In this document: piece by piece, positions 18,376 through 28,847 of the stretch
Numbering within the stretch: position 1 is the first letter of the stretch
How the letters are laid out: the number at the start of each line of letters is the position of its first letter
Assembly: GCA_046259705.1 (NCBI GenBank)
Contig: JBJYXA010000173.1
Location: 4,998 to 64,612 of the forward strand
Source: Caldilineaceae bacterium
GTDB taxonomy: Bacteria > Chloroflexota > Anaerolineae > Caldilineales > Caldilineaceae
Direction: 5' to 3'
DNA length: 59,615 nucleotides
Made by a program: the position numbers and the translations under genes
The notes under the pieces: generated by a model
What the model was told of the DNA's origin: nothing
Databases searched by the model: none
Seen by the model: the letters and a program-made list of their open reading frames with translations, nothing else

Positions 18376-20559
18376 TTACGGGATTGGGGTGCTCGCTCCC
18401 CGGGATGATTCGATCACGGGGTCTAGCTCGGCAAGTTGCGTCAGCGGGATATGACAGTAGATTCGAAGCCCGTCCTGCGTCTCCTGCCAGGGCGGGTCTT
18501 CTATTTCACAGACCGTGCCGCCGTCCGGCAGAAGCTTGCGGCGAGGACAACGCGTATGAAAACGGCATCCTTTTGGCGGGTCGAGCGCGCTTGGCACAGC
18601 GCCTTCCAGCCGAATGCGTTTCTGTTTGACAGTGGGGTCCGGAATCGGAACGGCTGATAGCAGCGCCTCTGTATAGGGGTGATAGGGAGGCGAGTAAATT
18701 GCCTCGGCCGCGCCATACTCCATCATCTGGCCAAGGTACATGACTGCAATATAGTCCGAGAAGAAGCGGACCACGCTCAGGTCATGTGCTATGAAGAGCA
18801 TGGTTGTGCCGCCCACCCGCTGGATTTCCAGTAGCAGGTTCAAGATGGCCGCTTGGACCGATACGTCCAGCGCGCTGACGGGTTCGTCGCACAGTACCAG
18901 GTCAGGCCGGCTGGCCAGCGCGCGTGCGATGCCGACGCGCTGCTTCTCGCCGCCGCTGAGCTGGCGAGGATAGCGGTCGAAGTACGATTCGTTTAGCCGG
19001 ATAGCCTGGAGCAGGCTCAGTACCTCTGCCCGAACCTCGGATCTGGGCACGATATCGAAGCGTCGCATGGGTCTGCCGATCTGCTGACCCACCGTATACG
19101 CGGGGTTCATGGTCGAGTCCGGGTTCTGGAACACCATCTGCATTTCGCGCACTACGTCAATGTCTCGCTGCGACAGGTCGCCCGTGATGTCGAACCCAAG
19201 AAACTCACATTGGCCGTCCGTCGCCGACTCTAGTCCGATGATGGTCTTAACCAGCGTGCTCTTACCACAACCAGACTCGCCCACGATGCCTAAGGTGGTC
19301 GCTGCCTTGACCGAGAATGAAACATTGTCTACGGCCTGCACCTGCCGCTGCTCGCCAAGCCCCAACACATCTTTGAGTGAATTCCCGCGCACAGGGTAGT
19401 ACTTCTTGAGGTGATTCACGTCTAGGAGTACATTGCCGGGACCCACTTCTCTCTCTGCAACCGGTGCGGAGGAGCCGGCGGGTGCCTCCCAATGTGAAGG
19501 ATCGATTTCCTCGGACAGGTGACAGCGTACTCGCTGGCCATCCTGAAGCAGGCGTAGTTCAGGTCGCTCGTCGATACATCGTTGAACGCGATAGTCGCAT
19601 CGGCTCGAAAAGACGCATCCTGCGGGTCGTGCACCCGGCAACGGCACTCGACCTGGAATCGGGTATAGGACGCTGGCGGCTTTGCTCGTCCCCAGCCTCG
19701 GCACGCAGCGCAGTAAGCCTTGGGTATAGGGGTGTTCGGGATCTCGAAAGATCTGTTGTACGTTCGCTTGCTCGACGAGTTCACCGGCGTACATCACACC
19801 GACGCGGTTACACACGCGAGCTACTACGCCGAGATTGTGCGTGATATACAGAATCGCGGTGTCATAGTCACGGCGCAGATCGCCGATCAGATCCAGCACG
19901 GCCGCTTCCACCGTCACGTCTAGCGCCGTCGTCGGTTCATCCATGATCAGCAGCGACGGACTGTTGATCAGCGCCATTGCGATGACGACGCGCTGCTGCT
20001 GACCGCCAGATAGCTGGTGCGGGTAGCGGCGCATTACCTCGCCGGGGTCGGACATGTAGACTCGTTCCAGCATTTCGAGGCAATGCTGCTCTGCTTCCTC
20101 GTTGCTCACTTTGCGGTGGACCACGACGACTTCCCGCATCTGCTCGCCGATGCGCATGGACGGGTTGAGTGCCTGCATGGGGTCCTGATAGACCATCGCG
20201 ATCTCGTCGCCGCGCAGCCGGCGCAGCTCCTCGCCGCTCTTGCCCACCAACTCCTGACCCTTGAAGGTAATACTGCCTTCTTTTACATACCCGTTCTGGC
20301 CTAAAAAGTTGACGATGGCCCACGCCACGGTACTCTTGCCACAGCCGGATTCGCCGACGACGCCAAAGGATTCACCACGATGGACGTCGAACGACACGTC
20401 GCGCACCGCATCGACTTCACCACCACGAATTTCGTAGGTGACCGCCAGATTCTTTACGCTGAGTACGGCTGAATCCGCTGCCGAGTCGAGGGTGCGCGCA
20501 TCTCTATTGTCATCATTGCGGCTATGATCGCTACGGGCGCCGTGCTCTTCCGTGTGCAT
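18376..20559 (-). CDS. ABC transporter ATP-binding protein, fused double ATPase (DppD-DppF / GsiA type)
   Basis: There are two Walker A motifs (GESGCGKST twice), two signature motifs (LSGGQQQR, LSGGEKQR) and two oligopeptide-type C-terminal extensions. Confidence 0.9.
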   Translation of the reverse strand: MHTEEHGARSDHSRNDDNRDARTLDSAADSAVLSVKNLAVTYEIRGGEVDAVRDVSFDVHRGESFGVVGESGCGKSTVAWAIVNFLGQNGYVKEGSITFKGQELVGKSGEELRRLRGDEIAMVYQDPMQALNPSMRIGEQMREVVVVHRKVSNEEAEQHCLEMLERVYMSDPGEVMRRYPHQLSGGQQQRVVIAMALINSPSLLIMDEPTTALDVTVEAAVLDLIGDLRRDYDTAILYITHNLGVVARVCNRVGVMYAGELVEQANVQQIFRDPEHPYTQGLLRCVPRLGTSKAASVLYPIPGRVPLPGARPAGCVFSSRCDYRVQRCIDERPELRLLQDGQRVRCHLSEEIDPSHWEAPAGSSAPVAEREVGPGNVLLDVNHLKKYYPVRGNSLKDVLGLGEQRQVQAVDNVSFSVKAATTLGIVGESGCGKSTLVKTIIGLESATDGQCEFLGFDITGDLSQRDIDVVREMQMVFQNPDSTMNPAYTVGQQIGRPMRRFDIVPRSEVRAEVLSLLQAIRLNESYFDRYPRQLSGGEKQRVGIARALASRPDLVLCDEPVSALDVSVQAAILNLLLEIQRVGGTTMLFIAHDLSVVRFFSDYIAVMYLGQMMEYGAAEAIYSPPYHPYTEALLSAVPIPDPTVKQKRIRLEGAVPSALDPPKGCRFHTRCPRRKLLPDGGTVCEIEDPPWQETQDGLRIYCHIPLTQLAELDPVIESSRGASTPIP

Positions 20560-20565
20560 CGCAGG

Positions 20566-21492
20566 TCACCCTTGATAGCGCGTCAACTCTTCGCGCAACC
20601 CGTCAGCCATGAGGTTCAACCCGATCACAAGGCTCGCAATGGCGGCGGCCGGCCACACGACAGCCCATGGAGCCGTGAATATATTCTTGCGCGCTTCGTT
20701 TACCATGCTGCCCCAATCCGGGTCCGGCGGCGGCAACCCCAAACCGAGAAATCCAAGTGTACCGATGGCAAATATGGCATACCCGACGCGCAGCATGGAA
20801 TCCACCAGCAGCGGACCGCGCGCATTCGGCAGGACCTCCCGCGAGATGATGAACCAGGTGCTCTCGCCACGGGTGCGCGCTGCGCTGATATAGTCCCTCG
20901 TCTTGATGTCCAGCGTGAGGCTGCGCACCAGCCGCGCTACGCCTGGCGCTCCTGTCACCGTAATGGCCAGAATCACCACCAGATCGCCCTGTCCGAGTGC
21001 AGTGATAAAGACCAGGTAAAGCACGATGCGAGGAAACGCGATTAGCGCGTCCAGCACCTGCATGATCGTCTGGTCTGTCCAGCCGCCGCGATAGCCGGCG
21101 TTCAGGCCCAGAACCGAGCCGATCAGGAGCGAGCCAAATACACCCCAAAGCGCGACTCCTCCGGGCAAATCAAAAGGGATAGGTTCCGGCAAGCGGGTCT
21201 TGAGCAGGATAACCTGTGTGCCGACCATCATCCGTGAAAGGATGTCGCGCCCCAGTTGGTCGGTACCCAACCAATTCACAGTGTTAGGCGGCAGGTTCTG
21301 GGCAAAGAGCTGAGCGTTTGGCGGGTAGGGCGTCCAGAACAGAGATACGAAGGCGACGGCAAACCAGAACACAACCACGGCGAGCCCGAACATCGCGATC
21401 CGTGAGTCAAACAGGATTGAAACGTCTTGCCACAGTCGCTGCAATCGAGACCGTTGCTGTACCTGGCCGGCTGCCGGCTGTGCTACCGTCAT
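20566..21492 (-). CDS. ABC transporter permease (DppC/OppC type)
   Basis: Polytopic membrane protein with a BPD-transporter EAA-like loop (YISAARTRGES). It lies 6 nt upstream of the ATPase gene. Confidence 0.85.
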   Translation of the reverse strand: MTVAQPAAGQVQQRSRLQRLWQDVSILFDSRIAMFGLAVVVFWFAVAFVSLFWTPYPPNAQLFAQNLPPNTVNWLGTDQLGRDILSRMMVGTQVILLKTRLPEPIPFDLPGGVALWGVFGSLLIGSVLGLNAGYRGGWTDQTIMQVLDALIAFPRIVLYLVFITALGQGDLVVILAITVTGAPGVARLVRSLTLDIKTRDYISAARTRGESTWFIISREVLPNARGPLLVDSMLRVGYAIFAIGTLGFLGLGLPPPDPDWGSMVNEARKNIFTAPWAVVWPAAAIASLVIGLNLMADGLREELTRYQG

Positions 21493-21556
21493 GGCAGGTG
21501 ACCGCCAATCTCGAGATATGCTGATGCAGACGTGCGCAACGCTTGGTAGAAATTTA

Positions 21557-22858
21557 TCATGAATATCGGATACGCGGGTTGAGGAACGTGTACAGAAGAT
21601 CGCCTATCAGTCGCGTGCCCACGGCCACCAGTACCATGAGCATCGCCGCCGCTGCGACGGCCTTATAGTCTCCGAAAACTGCAGCGTTATAGATGTAATT
21701 GCCCAGGCCCGGATAACCAAAGATCGCTTCTACGACGACGATGCCGCCGATCAGCCAGTTGACGTGTAACATGATCACCGTAATCGGCGCCAGAAGCGCG
21801 TTGGGAACTGCATGTCGCAATACCACGCGCCGAAACGGCAATCCCTTGATGATGGCTGTGCGGATATAGGGCGAATCCATTACCTCCACCATGCTGGCCC
21901 GGGTCATGCGCGCCACGTAGCCCAGCTCGACGGCCGCCAGTGTCAACACGGGCAATATGAGCATCTTCGGTGTGCGGAAAACTGCGTCCGAAGTCAAGAA
22001 GATGGAAACGGCCGGCAACCATTTCAGCCAGATGCCGAAGATGAGTATTAGGAAGATGCCCGTGACGAACTCGGGCGTAGCAGCGAAGGCTAGACCCGCA
22101 ACGGTGATAATGCGATCGGTGGACCGCCCTTCCTTCACGCCCGCCAGTATGCCCAGCGCCAGCGCCAAGGGCATGACGACGACGAACGCGGACAACGCCA
22201 GTACGAGGGTATTGCGGACACGCGGCACTAAGGTAACCCGCACCGGCCGGCCGGTCTGCAGAGACATGCCTGCATCGCCGCGCAATAACCCCTTCGTCAG
22301 CGGAATGTAGTCCACCGGGGCGTCGCCTTCTGTACGCATCCCGGTCTTGGTGAGAACATAGATCTCGGCTCCGGCGCCACGCACCCACTTAGCTGCGTTG
22401 TTTCTGCTGTCGACTCCCCAGAAGATTTCATTTCCGAGATCATCCTTGCGCCAGATCATGTCTCCAGCTGCGCGGCTCTGCGTCGATCCGTCCGGCTGCC
22501 GAACTAGCGCAACCAGCTCGCCGTCCTCCATGCGCCATCGTACCAGCTCGCCGTCCACCTCGGCCCACCATTCCTGCTCCTGTGTGTTCGGATTCTTGAT
22601 CGCCACCAATTTGTAGCCGATCTTGCGCTGCGCACGGTGATCGCTTCCGATGAGCCAATCCAAGTAACGTCGATAGGCAGGTGCGTCGAGGCCAAGCTGA
22701 TTCGCAAAGGATGCACGCTGTTCCGGGGTGGAGAACACCCCCAGGATTTTGATGGTGATGTCTCCTGTCCCAACCTCTAGGAACACGAAGAGCAATATCG
22801 AGACAAGGAACATCGTCACGACCGTAGAGATGACGCTTCTGATCAGGAATCGGGCCAT
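21557..22858 (-). CDS. ABC transporter permease (DppB/OppB type) with enlarged extracytoplasmic loop
   Basis: N-terminal TM1 is followed by a soluble insertion of about 170 aa and then typical DppB TM helices and the loop YIRTAIIKGL. At 433 aa it is longer than usual for this family. Confidence 0.8.
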   Translation of the reverse strand: MARFLIRSVISTVVTMFLVSILLFVFLEVGTGDITIKILGVFSTPEQRASFANQLGLDAPAYRRYLDWLIGSDHRAQRKIGYKLVAIKNPNTQEQEWWAEVDGELVRWRMEDGELVALVRQPDGSTQSRAAGDMIWRKDDLGNEIFWGVDSRNNAAKWVRGAGAEIYVLTKTGMRTEGDAPVDYIPLTKGLLRGDAGMSLQTGRPVRVTLVPRVRNTLVLALSAFVVVMPLALALGILAGVKEGRSTDRIITVAGLAFAATPEFVTGIFLILIFGIWLKWLPAVSIFLTSDAVFRTPKMLILPVLTLAAVELGYVARMTRASMVEVMDSPYIRTAIIKGLPFRRVVLRHAVPNALLAPITVIMLHVNWLIGGIVVVEAIFGYPGLGNYIYNAAVFGDYKAVAAAAMLMVLVAVGTRLIGDLLYTFLNPRIRYS

Positions 22859-23002
22859 TCGGAGGGTACACTCCCCTTGCTACCCCGTCGACGCGCAGCG
22901 TCGACAAGGCCCCTTCTTGCACCGATGCCGGCTTGCCATAATGCTGCACAAGCCGGCATCGTCGATCAATCTGAACTTACCGGTAGAAACTGGATGACGA
23001 TA

Positions 23003-24688
23003 CTACTGCTTCTTCCATACCTCGAACATCAGATCCCAGTCCGACGGCTGGGCTTGTACATTCTGGAATTCCGCTCGCGTGATCTTCCACGCTTGCTTCC
23101 AATACGGGTTACCAATGGGACCGCGCTCTTGCATAATGTCCTCGAGCACGCTCATCTGTTCGCGACGGGCGTCTACATCGAGAGTTTTCTCGGCTTGGCG
23201 CAAAACTGTGTTGAATTCCTCGTCAACCCAGCGTGTTTCATTCCACGGCACCGGATTCCCTTGGTCATCCACGCTGTATCCGACAGACAAAATCATTGTG
23301 CCAAGCGGCCGGTGGGTCCAGGATGTGATGCCGAAATCCACTTCCGTCCAGCGGTCCCAGTAGCCAGCTGGATCTGTGATATCCAGTGTGATGTCGAAAC
23401 CGCCCGGCGCAGCCTGTTCCTTGAGCGCCTGCGCGATTTCCGGCTCCGAAAGGTCGTTCTTGGTCGCGAGCGTCACTTTCAGCGGAAGCTCGATGCCCTT
23501 CTCCGCAGCGTATTCCTCCAATAGCGCGAGTGCTCCCTCGGGATCGTAGGCCGGAATGGGCTTCACCGCGTATTCCGGGTGTATGGGCGCGACATGTGCG
23601 TCGATGGACAGGTCGCCCTGTCCGTAATACGAAAGCTGCAATATCTTCTCGCGGTCCTGGCACATCTTGAGTGCGGTGCGCACACGATTGTCATCCCAAG
23701 GCTCCAGGTCGACCCGCATACGGGTAACGAAGCATTGAGAGGTCTGTGCATTCAGTACCGAAAAATCGGGCTGGTCTTTGAGGGCAAGCCAGTCGCTCGG
23801 TCGAGGTTGATACATACTGTCGATCTGTCCCGCCTGCATTGCCGCCACCGCCGCGTCCTTGTCGATGGACACGTAGATGATCTCATCGAGATAGGGGAGC
23901 GCCTCGCCATCTTCGCCCATACGCCAATAGTCCGGCCGGCGTTCCAGCACAGCACGTTCACCCTCGGCATACTCCTTGAGCAAAAACCCGCCTGTGCCCA
24001 AGGGCTGCTTGACCCAATCGCCCTCGAAGCTACGATGCAGGATGACGGCAGGTCCTTCGAATAGATCCTCCGGCACGCTGATATTCGGCGACGTCAAATA
24101 CAGCTTGATCGTGTAGTCGTCCACCTTCTCAACGCTGTTCATCCCGTCGAGATAAGAGAGCGTGCCGAGCATGGACGAACCTACGTCGGGGTCCAGCCAC
24201 TGGCTGAAGGTGTACATGACGTCGTCCGCGGTCATCTCGTCGCCGTTATTGAACGTGACGCCCTGCTTCAAATACAGTGTCCACTCGTCGACGTCATCGT
24301 TCGCCTCCCACTTCTCCAGCAGGTACGGGCGGGCGATGTTGTCTTCGCCAATCTCCGTTAGGTACTCATTGACCTGGCGGACAACGTTATATCCTTGACC
24401 CCAGGCCATGCGCGCTGGGTGGTCGATGAGTTGAAGCTGCATAGCAGAAGTCCAGGTGCCGCCGCGCTGAATCGCGCCGGCCGCCGCTTGCTCTGCCTGA
24501 CCTTCAGACGGCGCCATAGGCGCGACCGGTGCCTGGCCCGGAGCGCAACCGGCCAGTGCGTAAGCCGCCGGTACGGAAACGCCCAACAGCGTTGCAAAAC
24601 GCAAAAACTCGCGCCGGTTAACCTTTCCCTTGCGCAGGTCGCTGGCTGCATCCAGCACCGCAGGGTGTATCCTCTGTTGTCTTTTCAT
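23003..24688 (-). CDS. ABC transporter substrate-binding lipoprotein, family 5 (peptide/nickel/opine type), Tat signal
   Basis: It carries a twin-arginine motif (NRREFLRFATLLG) and a lipobox (LAGC). The body is typical of SBP_bac_5. Length is 561 aa. Confidence 0.85.
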   Translation of the reverse strand: MKRQQRIHPAVLDAASDLRKGKVNRREFLRFATLLGVSVPAAYALAGCAPGQAPVAPMAPSEGQAEQAAAGAIQRGGTWTSAMQLQLIDHPARMAWGQGYNVVRQVNEYLTEIGEDNIARPYLLEKWEANDDVDEWTLYLKQGVTFNNGDEMTADDVMYTFSQWLDPDVGSSMLGTLSYLDGMNSVEKVDDYTIKLYLTSPNISVPEDLFEGPAVILHRSFEGDWVKQPLGTGGFLLKEYAEGERAVLERRPDYWRMGEDGEALPYLDEIIYVSIDKDAAVAAMQAGQIDSMYQPRPSDWLALKDQPDFSVLNAQTSQCFVTRMRVDLEPWDDNRVRTALKMCQDREKILQLSYYGQGDLSIDAHVAPIHPEYAVKPIPAYDPEGALALLEEYAAEKGIELPLKVTLATKNDLSEPEIAQALKEQAAPGGFDITLDITDPAGYWDRWTEVDFGITSWTHRPLGTMILSVGYSVDDQGNPVPWNETRWVDEEFNTVLRQAEKTLDVDARREQMSVLEDIMQERGPIGNPYWKQAWKITRAEFQNVQAQPSDWDLMFEVWKKQ

Positions 24689-24948
24689 AAGTTCGAACTC
24701 CTTACCCTCATCTGTTCTCGTCTTGGTTTTATGCCGGTGTCTTATCTAAGCATCTACGATACGTCAGCACTCCTAACTACATCCGCCTTGCGCAGGTTTC
24801 CCGCCGGCCAACTATCTAGTGCACAAACCCGAACGATACCCGGTTCCTCGGACTCTTCCAGTCTCTGGCTAGGTTGATACGGGAACTCAGTATCTCAATC
24901 TACATACGCGGTGGAAACCAATAGGTGGTTAATACCGCTGTCCCCGTG

Positions 24949-27207
24949 CTAGACCGGCTTTACCACATCGCACAGCAAAGTTTTGTAAATGGGGAAGCCG
25001 GAAATCGGATCGAAATGCGCAGCCTCCGTCAGCTCATTGACGTTGGCTCTACGCCACGCTTCGTTGCCGAGCGGACCACCGCCGCCCATATTCGCCTCGA
25101 CTACGCCCGGTACAATCCTATCGCTCACGCGCGCAAGGTAGGGTACCCGGCCGCGGGGTGTCACCACGAGAACTTCATCACCGTCCGCGATGCCCCGCTG
25201 TTCGGCATCGCGAGGGTGCAAGAGTACCAGTGGCGCAGGCGCCTTGCGAGACAGCCCCGGTATGTTGTGAAGCTGCGAACGAAAATCTGTTTGCGTGCGC
25301 GCACCGGAGTTGAATACGAGCGGATACGTCTGTGCCAGCTCCGGCGCATTCAACGGACCGATGGCAGGTTCCGTGTACACGGGCAGCGCATCATAACCAT
25401 AGCGCGCAAGCAGGCTGGAGGCAATCTCAAGCTTGCCTGTTGGCGTCTCAAAACCGGGGCGGCCGTCTTTGCGCAATAGCCCCCGCTCCCACTTGCGGTA
25501 GACCATTTCGGCGCTGGGCAAAGTGATGCCGTCCTGGCTTGCCCGCAACATTTCAACGTCGATATCGCTTTCCTCAAGGACCAATTCGAGCATGTCGTCT
25601 ACATTCTGCGGATAGCGGTCACCGTAGCCTAGCCGTTCCGCGATCGCTGCGTAGATCTGCGCGTCGGGTCTCGCCTCACCCACCGGCTCTATGATGCGGG
25701 GACGCCACTGGATGAAGTTGCCGCGCATCACGTAGGACTCGATCTCGAACAGTGTAGCGGACGGCAGCACGATGTCGGCATACATGGCATCGGCCGTTAT
25801 GAAATGATCTACAACGACCAGAAAATCCAGCGCCTCGAAACAGCGCCGCCAAAGCGCCGGCTGCGGATACGAGGTAAGCATGGATGCGCCGCCGATGACC
25901 ATGGCGCGAACAAGATATGGCTCTCCCTCCAGGATGGCCGCGGGCAATGCCATCGAATGCGCCTCGCGCCGAAAGTGATAGTAGAGGGGAAACTTGTCCT
26001 TACCGACGGGATCGACGCCGAGCGGAGGCGCGATCTTCGTGCCGTGTATCGGGAATTCACTATTCGGCATCTTGAAATTTACACCGCCCGGCACATCGAG
26101 CTTGCCTGCGAGCGCCCATAGAATCAGCGCTGCACGTATGTTCTGAACGCCGCTGTCGGTATATTCCAGCCCAGTGTACATTACCTGCGCCGCGCCTCGA
26201 GCGCCGGCAACCCTCCGCGCCAGATTGCGCACGCTATCTGCTGGCACCCAGGTGATGCGCTCGACTTCTTCTGGCGTGAACTGCTGCACGTACTCACGCA
26301 ACTCGTCGAACCCAACCGTCCATTGCTCAACGAAATCCCGGTCGTATAACTGCTCTTCGATGAGCACGCGTATCATGCCCAACGCCAGCGCACCATCTGT
26401 TCCAGGCCGGATCCCTATCCATTGCGCGTCCGTGGCCTTGGCCGTCTCGGTCAGTCGATGGTCGATACACACCACCTCTGCGCCGCGCCGTTTTGCGCGC
26501 AAAATCCTGCGCAGCATCGTCGGCGGTGAGTCCGTAGCCGGGTTCGCACCCCACACGACGATCAGGTCCGCATTCTCGACGTCGTCGAACATGTCTATCC
26601 AGTAGGCGCCAAATGTCGTCTGCGGCGCCAAAAACGCCCGCGCCACATAGCAGATTGCCCCTACGCCCGTCGTGTTTGGCGAACCCAAGGGAAAGAATAA
26701 GCTGGATGCTGACGATTCTCGAATGTCTGCCGGGCCGAAGAGGTCCTGCAGCGAACGCTCGAAGCTGCCGCGCCCCGTGTACATACAGACGGCCTCGGGA
26801 CCGTATTCCGCGGCCACCTGGCGCACACGCGCCGCGATGGTGTCCAGCGCCTCATCCCAAGAGATCGCTTCGAACGCCTCCGTTCCTTTGGGACCGACCC
26901 GCCTCAGGGGGGTCAGCACCCGGTCAGGTGAATAGACTATTTCCGGCGCGTGCATCCCGCGCGGGCAACAGATTCCTCGTGGGTGCCCCGCGCGCGGGGC
27001 AACGGACGTCAACACTCCATCCGTGACAGTCGCGACAATGCTACAGCCCGAGTCGCAGACGCCACATAAGCCAGGTACCGTCTCTATTCTCGAACCGTCA
27101 CCCTTGGCTTTTCCGTTTCCCGCAATGGCAGCGCTTCGCTGGGATGTGGCTTCCGGGCTCACCATCTCTGTCCTTTTTCCAGATTTCTTGGGATACATAA
27201 GGATCAC
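24949..27207 (-). CDS. Molybdopterin (bis-MGD) oxidoreductase, cytoplasmic, with N-terminal 4Fe-4S motif
   Basis: The motif C-x2-C-x3-C...C is present (LCGVCDSGCS...GICCPRG). MopB-like core segments are seen (VVWGANPA, GIRPGTDGAL). No Tat signal is present. The GTG start overlaps the upstream stop (GTGA), and alternative ATG starts lie 9 and 42 nt downstream. Confidence 0.85.
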   Translation of the reverse strand: MILMYPKKSGKRTEMVSPEATSQRSAAIAGNGKAKGDGSRIETVPGLCGVCDSGCSIVATVTDGVLTSVAPRAGHPRGICCPRGMHAPEIVYSPDRVLTPLRRVGPKGTEAFEAISWDEALDTIAARVRQVAAEYGPEAVCMYTGRGSFERSLQDLFGPADIRESSASSLFFPLGSPNTTGVGAICYVARAFLAPQTTFGAYWIDMFDDVENADLIVVWGANPATDSPPTMLRRILRAKRRGAEVVCIDHRLTETAKATDAQWIGIRPGTDGALALGMIRVLIEEQLYDRDFVEQWTVGFDELREYVQQFTPEEVERITWVPADSVRNLARRVAGARGAAQVMYTGLEYTDSGVQNIRAALILWALAGKLDVPGGVNFKMPNSEFPIHGTKIAPPLGVDPVGKDKFPLYYHFRREAHSMALPAAILEGEPYLVRAMVIGGASMLTSYPQPALWRRCFEALDFLVVVDHFITADAMYADIVLPSATLFEIESYVMRGNFIQWRPRIIEPVGEARPDAQIYAAIAERLGYGDRYPQNVDDMLELVLEESDIDVEMLRASQDGITLPSAEMVYRKWERGLLRKDGRPGFETPTGKLEIASSLLARYGYDALPVYTEPAIGPLNAPELAQTYPLVFNSGARTQTDFRSQLHNIPGLSRKAPAPLVLLHPRDAEQRGIADGDEVLVVTPRGRVPYLARVSDRIVPGVVEANMGGGGPLGNEAWRRANVNELTEAAHFDPISGFPIYKTLLCDVVKPV

Positions 27208-28802
27208 GCACGCTGCGCTTCGCGTTGAATATGCGCCAGTTCATCCCGAACTGCATCCGTCAACGGCGCGGGTTGATGTGATTCCATGATAGATATCGTC
27301 TTGTCGCGCAGGCGCTCTTCCAGCGTTAGCGCTCCGTTGGACTCCCAGTGCGTATAGCGGCGGCGTTCGAACAGCGTCGGATACCAGTCGTCCCGGTAGT
27401 GCCGCAGCGTGTGCTCCGTGGCGATGAAGTCTCCGCCAGGGCCGACTTCGTGAATCACTTCCAATGCAAGCATCTCATCGCTCAAATCAACTCCGGCCAT
27501 GAAACGACTGTGCATGTCGACCATCTCGGCGGTAAAGACTATCAGTTCGGGTGACGTGGTCAATCCCGCCTCGAGATATCCTACGTCGTGTACGAGGTGG
27601 ATGCCCATCATCAAGGCATCGCGCACCTGATACGCCGCATCCGCTGCTGCCTGGCCGTCCATGACATGCGAATCGCTGCAACTGGAGTAGCCCCAGGAGG
27701 GCAATCCATAGTATCTTGCCATGTCCGCTACCAGGGCTCGAGCCAGTTGGAATTCCGGAGCGCCGTAGACGCTAATCGTCGTCCGCAGATCCAGATGATG
27801 TAGGCCGGTACCGAAGACGAAGGGCGCTCCTTGGCTCTTCAATTGATGCATCACAAGGCTGCTCAAGACTTCCGCGTTGCCGAGTGCAAGCCCGCCTGCG
27901 AGCGTCACCGGGGCGGTGCCGCCCATCATGGGCGCCGGCGAATGAACGACGGGTAGACGCTCTTGCGCCATGTACAACAACTTTTCCGTAGCCGTGCGTG
28001 TATGGACCAGCGGCGTCGTCGGTTCAGAATAAAGTAATATCGTCGGATTCAGACGGAGGGCATCCATGCCGCCGGCGGCTGCAGCCGCCATCGCCGCAAT
28101 GGCCTCACAGTCTGCGCGGTCGTTCGCTACGAATACGGCCGGTTTTTCGGTGTGCTCCAGCATCAATCCATATTGTAGTTGATACTGGCTGCCGGGCGTG
28201 ATTCCTTCCGGGATTCCCATGGACATCACAAAACCGATCTGCGGCAGCGCATCACACAACCGTACACATGCGGCGATATCCTCGACCGTGAAGTCCCGAT
28301 GTCCTTCTTTTGGATCCAGGTAGTGTGGACAATCGGATCCAGGTCCGAAACTGACGTTGGCTCCGCTGAGTTCGACCGCTACTTCGTCGCTGCCGCGCTT
28401 GCATAGCGCTAACCGTGACGGCGCCTGCCGCAGCGCCCATTCCGTCAGCGCAGGCGGAAGTTTCACCAAATCACCGTCGCTGACGTGTGCGCCGGCCTCC
28501 TGCAACAGGTGCAGCGCCTCGGGTTCCTGGACGCGCACGCCGGTACGCCTCAATATCTCCAACGACGCGTGGTGAAGCCGTTCACAACCGGCGTCGTCGA
28601 GCAGGCTGAATCGCGGGATGTATTGTCGGGAATCGTTCAATTCGCGGCTCGAATTCGTAGTGGTGAGGCAGACGAACAGCCAGTGCCGAAAGAGACTATA
28701 CCAGAAGGAACCGAGTCCAAACAGACGAGCAGTTGCTCTCTGCCTCCACGAGGAAACATATATGCCCGCAACCATTATACATCCGACTCGGGGTAGAGCC
28801 AC
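27204..28802 (-). CDS. MttB-superfamily (trimethylamine methyltransferase-like) protein, non-pyrrolysine type
   Basis: The N-terminal signature matches the family (FSLLDDAGCERLHHASLEILRRTGVRV) and the length and C-terminus are typical. There is no in-frame TAG. The first 55 codons or so are hydrophobic and atypical, so the true start may be the TTG at 28640. Confidence 0.8.
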   Translation of the reverse strand: MALPRVGCIMVAGIYVSSWRQRATARLFGLGSFWYSLFRHWLFVCLTTTNSSRELNDSRQYIPRFSLLDDAGCERLHHASLEILRRTGVRVQEPEALHLLQEAGAHVSDGDLVKLPPALTEWALRQAPSRLALCKRGSDEVAVELSGANVSFGPGSDCPHYLDPKEGHRDFTVEDIAACVRLCDALPQIGFVMSMGIPEGITPGSQYQLQYGLMLEHTEKPAVFVANDRADCEAIAAMAAAAAGGMDALRLNPTILLYSEPTTPLVHTRTATEKLLYMAQERLPVVHSPAPMMGGTAPVTLAGGLALGNAEVLSSLVMHQLKSQGAPFVFGTGLHHLDLRTTISVYGAPEFQLARALVADMARYYGLPSWGYSSCSDSHVMDGQAAADAAYQVRDALMMGIHLVHDVGYLEAGLTTSPELIVFTAEMVDMHSRFMAGVDLSDEMLALEVIHEVGPGGDFIATEHTLRHYRDDWYPTLFERRRYTHWESNGALTLEERLRDKTISIMESHQPAPLTDAVRDELAHIQREAQRA

Positions 28803-28847
28803 ACGGCCAACAGTCTCGGACCGGAAGTTCGCCGGATGCCGGCGTCT

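Noticed and set aside
24949-27207. Selenocysteine in the molybdopterin oxidoreductase, as in formate dehydrogenases
   Set aside because: There is no in-frame TGA, and the probable Mo-ligand region reads GVGAICYVARAF with Cys.
27204-28802. Pyrrolysine (in-frame TAG) in the MttB homolog
   Set aside because: The frame is open throughout with no internal TAG, and no pyl genes are visible. This is a non-Pyl MttB-superfamily member.
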